A DNA stretch of 45,688 nt, from contig JALAGF010003255.1 of NCBI GenBank assembly GCA_030167865.1, forward strand, positions 1 through 45,688. Reading direction: 5' to 3'. Positions 23,801 to 33,603 of the stretch are shown one piece after another. The stretch is from Craspedostauros australis. Its lineage: Eukaryota. The notes under the pieces are model-generated. The model had not been told where the DNA came from, did not search any database, and was given only the letters and a program-made list of their open reading frames with translations. The number at the start of each line of letters is the position of its first letter. Position 1 is the stretch's first letter. The translations under genes were made by a program, and so were the position numbers.

Positions 23801-26800
23801 TTGCAGCGATAGCTTGTTGGGGGTCACGGGCTGCGTTGGTGCGTCGAAAGATTCGCTTTCAAACTTCACCTTCACCAGATCCTTCGTCGCTGACACCGAT
23901 CGGTTCAACGACTCTTCCAATCGCGTGTGCAGACGAGCCAGATCGATGCCGTCAAGGCTTTTGAGGACGTGACCCGGCAGAACGGATGATAGGAGGAGTG
24001 AGAAGTTCCCACCAGCTCGCTGGTATAGATCGTAAATGACGATCGAATTGAGCTTGGCTTCGAAGACCGAACTCGACGATTTCTTGTGCACTTCTTGTCT
24101 GACTTCGCCTTTAATTCCTTGGACGGATGCTACCAAGATGGGCACCGGTGTGAACTCTGTGACGATACCAGTGGATGGTTCCGCATCGTTGGTCAATCGC
24201 AAGGTGATCAGAGGCGCTGCGAATTGAAACACCACCAGACGTTGCAGCGAATTGCGCACCAGGCTTGTGCTTCGGTTCATGTCTTTGTTGCTGTCATTGT
24301 TGATGATAGTAGCAGCTTCGCTGTTGCTGTTGCTGCCGGTATCAGTTTCGGTCGACAGTGTGGCAACATCCGCGGGCCCTGTTGTCTGGTAGCTCTCCAT
24401 TCGCTGAAGTGAGGTCGTCGTCCCGCTCCCGCTCGTTGTTCTACCAAGCGGAGTCGTTGGCACTTTTGGGATTTTCAGGTCTCGCTTTCGTTTGTCCCAA
24501 TCATTCTGCAGCCTGTGCACCATGCGAAGAGCAGATGATGTCACATTGAATGCCAAACTCGGTAAGGTGGCCTTGACGAGGATGTGCGATGGCTTGTCAG
24601 GATCAATCTCGAAATCTGGCGCAATCCGGGTGAGGACGTCGAACTCCAGAGAAAATGGCTCGACGAGGTTGACCTTCTCCGTGCTGCGCGAAGAGCATTG
24701 GACCTGAACATCCGTGAGAAGGAGCCTCCAGTGATCGTCGTACTCGGACCTGTCAGCAGCACCAACGTCGACATTGGAGAATCGCATCCGACCCAGGTCG
24801 AGCGATACGACAGCTGATTCGGATCTGTTGAGACTTTCTGGGATGATGATGACGGGCGCGCCGACATCGATATTGACCTTGATTGTCTTTTTGTTGTTGG
24901 CCAATGTCTGCAGGAGCCTTTGCCTTTGTCTCCGTTGCCAAGCCGCGATGACCGAGGCCATGCGCTGGTAGTCAGTGCTCAGCTCCTGCGTCTTGACCGT
25001 ATCCAGCACTCTGCTCAGCGCCTCGACCGGTAGAGTTGCATAAACCAGCTGGATCGGTTTCAGACGCATCGAAAATGTGGTGTTCGATCCTCGCTGTGAC
25101 GAGTCGATGGATTCATGCCAATCCAGATCATTCCAAATGAGCCGGCGGCTAATGTCCACGGAGATGCTCCACTGGTGAGGTTCCCCGTCAATCTCGACTG
25201 TTGAGTTGTCGGCAGGACTTTCGGACTCCGTCGATGTGGCTCTGTTGCTGATCAAATACGGGTACGTTCCGTCTGGCGCATTCACATCGTGGCGAGTCAC
25301 GGTGGAGGTGACCATGTCTCGGACGGACAAGGAAGCGATCCACAGCTGTGCATCCCACGAGCCATCTTCAAAGATGACGAGGCGTTGGGATGATCCACAA
25401 GATAACGCAACGACTGGAAAGAGATGGTCGCCGATGCTGCCATCATGTCGAATAGTCGGAACGCAATCGTTGACGCAGATGGAGAAGTCTGAAGCCATCA
25501 ACGATGCCCTCCATGTGATCGATGGGGCCCTTTCAAGATCGAGGTGTTGGATGTTGATTTCCGATATTCGTTTTTCGTTCTGTTGCTGGCTGCTGTCGTT
25601 CACCAATTCACGTTCCAGGATGGTCAACATTTCTCTCATCATCCGCATGCGATGTGCCAGTGATGTGTTGGCCTGTGCTTCTGAGGCGCTGATGTCGTCC
25701 TTGTGAGACTTATGCGTTGAGGCCGTGGAGTTGATGATGTTCTGTGAGATGTACTCGCCGTAATTCTCTGTGCACTTTTCGATTATCTCGGCCTTCAAAT
25801 CTTCGTATACCTTCATCCGGAATGCCTTGATCTCCTGTGTGGTGAGACTGTCCTCGATCGTTATCAGATGGGAATGCATGTCTTGCAGCGAGGTTTCGTC
25901 CGCCTGGTTGCAGGATAGGATCTGCCTGTACAGTGCGACGTATTGACGGCGCTTACGCAGGGCTTCCACGACGCCTGCCCAGCCGTGTCTTCGACGATTG
26001 GACATCTCTTCGATGTCGAGATTCTGGCCATCCCAGGCCACTCGGTGCAGCACTAGCGTTGCCCTGAATGCGAACAGCCACCAAGCTCTGGCATCTTCCT
26101 TGACCGTTTTCGACGGTCTCATTCGGGCGAGCTTCTTCAGCGATGCTGGCGAGAGCAGGCCCTTCGTTTGATGCGACCAAATGGCGAATGATTTTCTCAA
26201 GTACGCCATATCCTCCAAGGTGTTTCTCGATATCGCGATGGTGCAATTTGGGAACTTCACCGAGAGTTTGGACGCCGGCGCGGGTTCCAGTTCTTGCGGT
26301 CGGTCAGTGCTCGTATGGGCGGCAAAACTTTCATCAGCGTCACTTTGTTCGCGGATGTTGCCTTTGTCGTCATCGTTCCCTGGGCTCGCACCCAGCTTTG
26401 TGACATCCTCGCTGGTTTGTGCGTTGGCTTTGTCAGTGTTTGGTGTGACGATGTCCAGCTCCACCGAGGGAGACATGGGGCTAAGCAGGTAGGTGTGTTC
26501 GATCATGTAGTAATTCTCATCCAAGAACTCAGGCGCTTTCTCCTGTTGCAACACCTGGAATGCGGCTGCGCAATACGAACGCGATTCCGGTATGATGTCA
26601 CCTTTTTCGTCGTTGATGTGGATCTTGCTGGAGATCAGATGGCAGTCGCTGTCCCAGTACACCGCCAGGGTCTCCGCTGAAGCAGTTCTGCATTTCCTTT
26701 CATGCGAAATGCCATTTGCCGACGCTGCGGCGTTCGTGGGCTGTGTGATACAATCTTGATTTCCTGCTGTGCTTTCGTCCTCTGATTGTTTCGTGTGATT

Positions 26801-27841
26801 CCCATCTGATGTGCCTTGCGTCGACGGCGTGCTTCCATCGGAGCGGTTTGGGTCATCAACTTCCTTCTGCCGATTCTCGATGGTGAAACATGACAGGGTG
26901 ATTCCAATGGCAAAACTTGGCCGGTATTGTCCATAGTTCTGCTGTTGCTGTTGCTGATACTGTTGCTGTTGATAGCCGTACTGTTGAGGACGAGGAGGAT
27001 GCTGCTCGCCAGTCCGCCATGCGAAACCCATAGTGGTGCCTGTATCTTCATATCTCACATGAACGTTCTTCACCGTGACTGACAATGATGCTAGGATGTT
27101 GGCAATGTACTCCTGTACCCATTGCGTGCGGCCAGACGAGGTTACGGACGATTCCTGAACTCTTTTGATCAGCTCGGCGTCAAGCATGTTCTGCGCTTTC
27201 TCCTCCCTTGATCGGCGAAGATGTTCGGAAATTTTGGATTTCTCACCACCATCGCCATCAGCAACAGCGTGATTTTCAGTGTCATGTTCGTCGTCATGCT
27301 CATCGTCGTCTTTGCCACCATCTCCCTGTTCATTATGCTCGCCTTCACGCCTGCCGTGGCCAGTGGTGGTACCCTTCGTTGTTGATTCCTCTGCCTGTCC
27401 ATCTGTCTGTTCAGCGCCGGCGTCAGTTTGAGCTTGCGCTTCAGCTTCGGCTTCAGCGTGATTTGCGTTGCTGGTGCCGTCGCCGTCGTCGTTGCTGGCA
27501 TCATATTTCTTCTTTGGTGTGAGGAGGATGTTGACATCCGAGAGCACGACGGAGCAGTTGCCGATGTCGAAGATTCTGGATCTGTCCGCCGATTGGCCCC
27601 ACTGCAGCTGTGACCGAAAGAGCTTCCATGGGATTTTGATCTCGAGGTTTCCGATGCTACCGTAGGAGATTTCGATGGGGCAGTCTGGGAAGAAGGATTG
27701 GATCGCGGTTCTGCGGAGCTCGAGATCCTTGAGGACGATCTCTCCTTTCCAAGCGGAGATGCGCACTTTGTTCGTATCCAGGTTGGATATCAGATGACCA
27801 ACATGGGTCGTCAGCGCGTCCGTCAGATACCGCTCGAACAT
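8837..27841 (-). CDS. VPS13: VPS13-family bridge-like lipid-transfer protein, about 5,827 aa, 6 exons
   Basis: Inferred exons: 27841-19606, 19395-17958, 17704-13720, 13421-11962, 11617-11248, 10831-8837. They sum to 17,484 nt, divisible by 3, and every junction is GT..AG and phase-consistent; the last two acceptors are AAG and so less certain. Chorein_N start (MFERYLTDALTTHVGHLISNLDTNKVRISAWKGEIVLKDLELR). WWLFAFRA motif; WEPLLES motif; VAB/SHR-BD-like repeats (TVRNMLP, WIRNLTKLPL, FIVRNDS, FRIENSCPFPI). VPS13_C/ATG2_C-like helices (GSLAAFGNPLGLIRGVGEGMADFVSEPVKG; GFAKGVGKGLLGLLVKP) and a C-terminal PH-like region. Confidence 0.92.
11109..11155. repeat. Heptamer microsatellite (ACCAAGC) x6.7 inside VPS13 intron 5
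   Basis: Six perfect accaagc copies plus a partial one, within the inferred intron 11247-10832. Confidence 0.9.
13280..13865 (-). other. DysF (dysferlin/Pex24-type)-like domain within VPS13, split by intron 3
   Basis: The spliced product reads EEIFEY...KWWASEDF...HWEWSEDKW|TIDCAG...SGWES...F...SFRRRRWYR. This matches the DysF pattern E.FE...W.W...W.ID...GW.Y...RRRRW.R. Confidence 0.7.
16590..17225 (-). other. Two PDZ-like domains within VPS13 exon 3
   Basis: PDZ1: YTILFEQTRLGLGLKSVDDHVIVDSI...VSIGDVVMKIDDTDVDGWSLERVVQHVATVKRPTLVTF. PDZ2, with an insertion: YTISLRSGASHGLELER...PRPGAIVVSINGKPVVDMGHEKAMSML. Confidence 0.7.
23618..23668 (-). other. Tandem FFAT motifs (VAP-binding) in VPS13
   Basis: Encodes DDAFFDAVEDEFFDADE. 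The second copy is an exact match to the FFAT consensus EFFDAxE, in an acidic context. Confidence 0.85.
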
Positions 27842-29514
27842 GCTACAGTGAAGGCCTTAACAACAGCAGGCGGCGGGAGTATGTGTGTGTGCGCGCCTTC
27901 TTCGTATGAAGCACGCGTAGTGTACTCGAGCACAACAGTGTGATATCTGCTTTGCTATCTCAGCCTGAGCCCGAGGTTGTATTTGTGTTTGTTTGTCTGG
28001 ATGATGTCGCGGACATCCATACGTATGTACATGGAGTATGCAAAAGGGACAAAACGGGGGTGATCAGAATGATGAGTACGATCTGCGATATGGTGGTGAT
28101 GGTGGTGGTGACGGTGGCACCAGCAACGGTCTACAACTTGGACTCGTTACCCTCGCCGATTTCGGCTTCTTGGTTGAGTTCGTTGGTGGGATGGGTGACC
28201 TCTTCCTGTCTGTCTACCTGCCTACCTGCCTGCCTTTCTCAGCGTCCTTGCACTGCAATGACGGACTTCGCTTCGCGGCCTGGCGCAAGGATGATGATGA
28301 TGATGATGGATGTGATACGAGGTGCCTCAATCACGTGAGTGGGCTGTTCTATCTCTTGTATTCTAGAACAATAGAATATAATACAAGTACTCCACTCTCT
28401 CCAGAGCATACACTCGTACGAATACAACCACTCCACCAGAATTGCTGTGAAGTGCTCATGCACAAGTTCTTTACTCACTTGGATTGGGAGCACAATTGAT
28501 TGGTGGATTGGCAGAGAGAGCGAGGATGATCACCGCAGCAACCGTAACTTCAGGAGTGGGGGCAGAAGTGCAAGGAGGCGTGGGTGTTGCTTCCCGTTTT
28601 TTGCGGTTTTTGGGTGTCTGTGTCCAATCCACCAAGGGAGGGGAGAAGGTGCACGCGATGGCTCGCGGAGATGTTGCGCGCCCTGGTTGATTTTTTTCGC
28701 AAGAACGGCACATGTGCTGTGTTTTTAGTCGTTGTTGGGGGTTGCGGATTGTGTCTTTTTTCTTGTTTTCACTGTTGTTGTGATGCGTTTCCGTGGTCAG
28801 TCCGTCGAGTCGTACATGCCTCTCTGCAAAATAGAGACAGGCAACAGTGAACACAGTAGACACGTCTCATCTGCCCGACTCCGCCATTGCCCACAATCCA
28901 TTACCATTTATTATATGTGCTGGCAGTTTATGCTCCAGATCAAGAGTTGTACTCTAACTAGGATGGGAGCCAAACACAACGAAATAGAGTGCTCTAGCAG
29001 AACGCAGGATTATCCCGAAATGGTTTGTTCATCCTGGAGCAAGGTGGTCTCTCCTTTCCGCTCGTCGAGAAGGACTTCTCAACTCAACCAGTCGTCAAAT
29101 TTGCGGGAGCACCCCTGACGATGAGTTCATTGACACTTCTTGAGCCAATACGATGAAGTTGTCGTGGGGGCAGAGCTGATTCAACAAAAGCAACTACCAC
29201 AACATTCGTCCTCGTCCGTATCTGGGCTCCAACAGCCAAAATGAGGATACGAGGGAGGGGAAACAACATACAAGTGCACTCCATTCTACTCTACTCTACT
29301 CTGTGCTCATGACAGCTTGCTCGTATTTCGGTCGAAAAAAAGGATTCTATTGATTTCTGTTACAAGTTTGGTGGTTGTTGGAAGCCATTCTTTTGCATAG
29401 CTTGGATTTGTTGTAGCGATGGTGCGTGTGCGCAGGCCCTACTCAATTCGATTCAAGGCTGGTGCCTTAGTTGATAGTTTGCGCGCAGCGTTGTTCATCA
29501 CCCGGTCGGACTGT

Positions 29515-31343
29515 TTATTTGTCGTTGAGGGCGATGACACCTGGGAGCTCCTTACCCTCGAGGAGCTCGAGGGAGGCACCTCCTCCGGTGGAGATGTGGC
29601 TCATGTCTCCGGCGCGTCCGGACTGCTCGGTGGCGGCGACAGAGTCTCCTCCTCCGATGATGGTGACGGCACCCTTCTCCTGGGTCAAGTCAGCCAAGAT
29701 GTTGACAATTCCCATGGTTCCGGCGGCGAACTTCTCGAACTCGAACACACCCATTGGTCCGTTCATGATGATGGTCTTGCAGGTGGAGAGGGCCTCCTTC
29801 TGCTCCTCGGTGGTCTTTGGACCGTTGTCGAGTCCCATCCATCCCTCTGGGATCTCGGAAGAGGAAACGATCTGGGTCTCGGCCTCGGCGTCGAACTTGT
29901 CGGCGACGATGATGTCGCTTGGGAGGAGGATGGTCTTTCCGAGCTTCTCGGCCTTGGCGAGGACCTCCTTGGCGGTGTCAACGAAGTCGTCCTCGACGAG
30001 GGAGGTTCCGACCTCGAGTCCCTGGGCCTTGAGGAAGGTGAAGACCATGCCTCCGCCGATGATGACGACGTCGCACTTATCGAGGAGTGCCTCGAGGACG
30101 GTGATCTTGGTGGAGACCTTGGATCCTCCGACGATGGCGGCCATTGGCTTCTCTCCGCTGGTGACGGCTCCATCAAGGTATTCGAGCTCCTTGGCCAAAA
30201 GGAATCCGGAGACGGATGGCTGGAGGAACTTGGTGACACCCTCGGTGGAGGCGTGGGCGCGGTGGGCAGTACCGAAGGCATCGTTGACGTAAAGGTCGAA
30301 TGGAGCGGCGAGCTTCTCGACGAATCCTGCCTCGTTCTGGGTCTCCTCCTTGTAGAAGCGGGTGTTCTCGAGCATGATGACATCTCCCTCCTTGGCATCG
30401 CCAACGATCTTGGCAACCTCCTCACCGATGCAGTCTGGGGCGAGGGTGACGTCCTGTCCGAGGAGCTCGCTCATGCGCTCGGCGCATGGGGCGAGGGAGA
30501 ACTTGTCCTCTGGGCCATCCTTGGGGCGGCCCAAGTGGGAGCAGACAGAGACGATGGCGCCCTTGCCCTTGAGGTACTCGATGGTTGGGATGGAAGAACG
30601 GATGCGGGTGTCATCGGTGATCTTCTTTCCATCGAGTGGGACGTTCACGTCGCAACGGACGAGAACCTTCTTGCCCTTGAGCTCGGCATCAGTGAGGTCC
30701 TCGATGGACTTCTTGGCCTCGAGCTCGAAGTCGAAGGCAGCAGATGGGGTGCGGACACCGAATGTGCCTGCAGACGACGAAATGCCCAGTGTGTGGGTTG
30801 GATGTGGGGGGAGGGGGAAGAACGAGATAGAGGTTTGGAAATTGAATGTGAGATTGTGTGTGTTGACGGAGATTTGACAATTCATCATTGAAGCGGCGGC
30901 AGGTCAGTTGCCTTGGGATTGGATTGGGGTTTGCTGCAATTGTGCGGCATCGGTCATTGGTGGTGTCACCCAGATTCCCAAAAGGTGCCATGGACACGAT
31001 GGGAACAACGCTTCTGAAAGATTCATCGCTACTCAAGCGTCCGTCGTACATCAACGAGTGCATGCCAATCGTTCGTCTCCGCATTTGATGCACATCTTTC
31101 CGGTCTGCATCCGACGTATCCGCAGATACGCATCAGGAACCACACATGTGCGGTTCGATCTCACAGAATGCAATGGACCAGATGATGTCAACGAATCTCA
31201 CTCGACGATCGATGGCAAGCAAACAAGTACCGCTGTTGTGATTGGCCGTGCTTTGGCTCAGTTGTCAACGTACTGACTGGGGCGAAGGCACCGGCGGTGG
31301 CGCTGGTGGCGAGGAGGGCGAGGGCGATCTTGGCGAACTTCAT
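29515..31343 (-). CDS. PGK: Plastid-targeted phosphoglycerate kinase, about 440 aa, 2 exons
   Basis: Exons 31343-31274 and 30767-29515; intron 31273-30768 (GTACGT...TGCAG, phase 1). The spliced N-terminus [29 protein letters not shown] is a signal peptide plus ASAFAP-type motif plus transit peptide. PGK signatures: [69 protein letters not shown]. Strong C/G-ending codon bias. Confidence 0.97.
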
Positions 31344-31739
31344 CTTGATTGTTGTTGTTGAGTTTTGGGAAAGCAGGTTAACGTCCTTTTTTTGTTTTTG
31401 TGAGAGGTTTGGGAACGGTAGTGGCGCAGAAACAACTCCGCACACGCACACACACGCCCAACCACACACATCCCCCTCGTCAATCCGACACGAGGCAAAG
31501 GCAGTTTGCGTGCACGTTTTTCCACAACCAACCAAAACCGAGACGACGACACTCAATTGACGAACGCGAAGCCACCACGGCGCACGAGAGGAGATGGTGA
31601 GTTGTTGGGCGGGTTTTGGATCCAACGAACGGAAGTGGGTACGCATGCGTTTGCCAACGAGGGGTTCGGATCAATGATTTTCGTTGGACGGCCTTGGTCT
31701 CAACTGTTGGCCTCGTTGGCAGACGCAACAGCGCACAAC

Positions 31740-31838
31740 AACGTGCGTGCACAAAGGACATACGTACGCGTGCTTTCCACATCCTGACGTGTCGTATCTT
31801 TTGGCGTGCTTTATCCACGACTTGACTGACCCACGTGG
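31740..31838. promoter_or_regulatory. Cluster of ACGT-core boxes (TGACGT, G-box CCACGTGG) in the divergent PGK / hypothetical-gene promoter region
   Basis: AACGTG at ~31740, TACGTA at ~31761, TGACGT at 31785-31790 and CCACGTGG at 31831-31838, roughly 400-500 bp upstream of the PGK ATG. Function is inferred only. Confidence 0.3.
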
Positions 31839-32487
31839 TCCAACCGTTTCGTGTTCCCGTCGCCCGTCCGTCCATGCATCCGACACAACAACATCTGTTT
31901 GGTCGCAGCAGTCAACAATGGTCGATGATCCACTTAATCGATGTGACTAATTCGATCTGTCACAACTATGTGTAGCCAAGAATTTCCACAAAACATACAA
32001 TTGCCGCAACTCCAACTGAAGCCCAAAACGGCAATGACATGAGGTCGTGATGGCATGATAGTGCCACGACACGCAATAGCAAGAAGGAACAAACCAAACC
32101 CCCAACGATTTTGATGGACGAAGCACCACAAAGCGAGGCGAAGCGACGCAAGGCATAGCGCAACGCAGAACGGCACAGGTCACACCACATCACATCACAT
32201 CACGCCTTGATCGACCCGAGTCGCGCTGAACTTGAGTGACCCGACGAACTGCGAGCTACCCACGAGTATTAGTGGAGCGGAGAAGGCGGAACAGAACGAG
32301 ACGAAATAGGATACTCTCCCGTCACTCCAAGAGACAAAGCGCATCACGGAACCGATTGAACACGAGTAGAATCTCTGAGTGCTCTATCTATCCATCCATC
32401 AATCAATCTCCACGCTGCGAGTCCCAATACAATCCGACTGGAACGGTCGATCAGCGATATCAAACGTGATACGAGTACGAGGAGGCC

Positions 32488-33603
32488 ATGAGGAGGATAT
32501 TCGGATCGAAAAAGCCGAAGCAGAAGAGGCTGTCGCCCAGCGCGCGGACTCCGGAGGGCATCGTCGCCTCCCATCCCATGTACCAATATGCGATGAATGA
32601 ATATGCGCAAACGGTGGCTCCGCAATCCTCCAACCACGATGGTCGGACCTCGATGCCTCTCAATGATGACGCCGATCTTAACAATCCTAACAACGGCGGG
32701 AATGCATCTGCGGCACCCGCGGTGCCTCCGGAAGCCCCGGCTCCGCTCTCACCGTCCATGCTAAGCGCCCATGATATGCAGCAAATGCAGGCCGCGAACG
32801 CTGCCAGCGCCGGTCCTGGCGCAGCAAATGGCAGGACGGTTCCACCCATATCGCACACAGGATCCATGATGTCGGATGCATCGATGAGCCAACAGCAGCA
32901 ACGACCGCAACAGCAGCATCAAACCTACCAACAGCAACAGAAGCAGCAACAGCAACAGCAACAGTATCCACAAGCACCGTCGTCATCGTACTATCCGTAC
33001 ATGGCCGCCGGGTCGAGGCACTGCGAAGTCATGCCAGATGCAACGTACGAAGAGAGCTACGGAGACGCCTACGTCGGTGGACCCATCCGGTACATTTATC
33101 CGTCAGGGTATCAATCGATGCGGCCGAGGGGGTGCCCGTGGAAGCTGTCGATAGCTGTTTGCGCCTCCTTCACATGGCTCTCCATCTTCATCATCGGGCA
33201 TTGCTCCAGCAGAGTGGACGCGGAGATTTACAACGAAAAATTTGATGACGATGTGCTCGTCTTCAAAGCCCGTTGGTGCGATTCCAGACCGCTCTACATG
33301 ATGTGGGTGATCAGCATGCTCATCACAGGACTGGCAGCGGCGTACTGCTCCATCATCGGCTACATCAAGGTCCGTGACTTTTCGGTCGCAAACGCCAGAA
33401 GCCAGCCTCCAGGGATGATGGGCAAGTCTGACTACTACGTCAAATTGGACGATACACCCCCGTCCGGCACAGGTTCGGAGGCATCCTACCGTTCGAACGT
33501 CAGATACAAGAAGACTATCTACCAGGCTGATGGTAATCCGCAGTTCTGGGGCGGCCACATTTATCGGCCCACGCAAGCGGCCGTCGCCATTACGAGCCGT
33601 TAG
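32488..33603 (+). CDS. Hypothetical membrane protein with N-terminal Pro/Gln-rich region and two TM helices, 371 aa
   Basis: Uninterrupted ATG-initiated ORF with coding-like codon use and a polyQ tract (~32890-32963). Hydrophobic segments KLSIAVCASFTWLSIFIIGHC and LYMMWVISMLITGLAAAYCSIIGYI. The start could instead be the ATG at 32578. Confidence 0.8.
   Translation: MRRIFGSKKPKQKRLSPSARTPEGIVASHPMYQYAMNEYAQTVAPQSSNHDGRTSMPLNDDADLNNPNNGGNASAAPAVPPEAPAPLSPSMLSAHDMQQMQAANAASAGPGAANGRTVPPISHTGSMMSDASMSQQQQRPQQQHQTYQQQQKQQQQQQQYPQAPSSSYYPYMAAGSRHCEVMPDATYEESYGDAYVGGPIRYIYPSGYQSMRPRGCPWKLSIAVCASFTWLSIFIIGHCSSRVDAEIYNEKFDDDVLVFKARWCDSRPLYMMWVISMLITGLAAAYCSIIGYIKVRDFSVANARSQPPGMMGKSDYYVKLDDTPPSGTGSEASYRSNVRYKKTIYQADGNPQFWGGHIYRPTQAAVAITSR

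Noticed and set aside
28275..28300. GCGCAAGGATGA resembling part of U6 snRNA (also GGATGACAC near 35840)
   Set aside because: Matches are only ~10-12 nt, there is no ACAGAGA box in the right position, and the first runs into a (GAT)n microsatellite.
29419..30891. 490-aa ORF antisense to PGK, plus other overlapping ORFs
   Set aside because: It is the codon-aligned mirror of a highly biased gene: avoidance of TTA, CTA and TCA codons removes antisense stops. It has no independent protein features.
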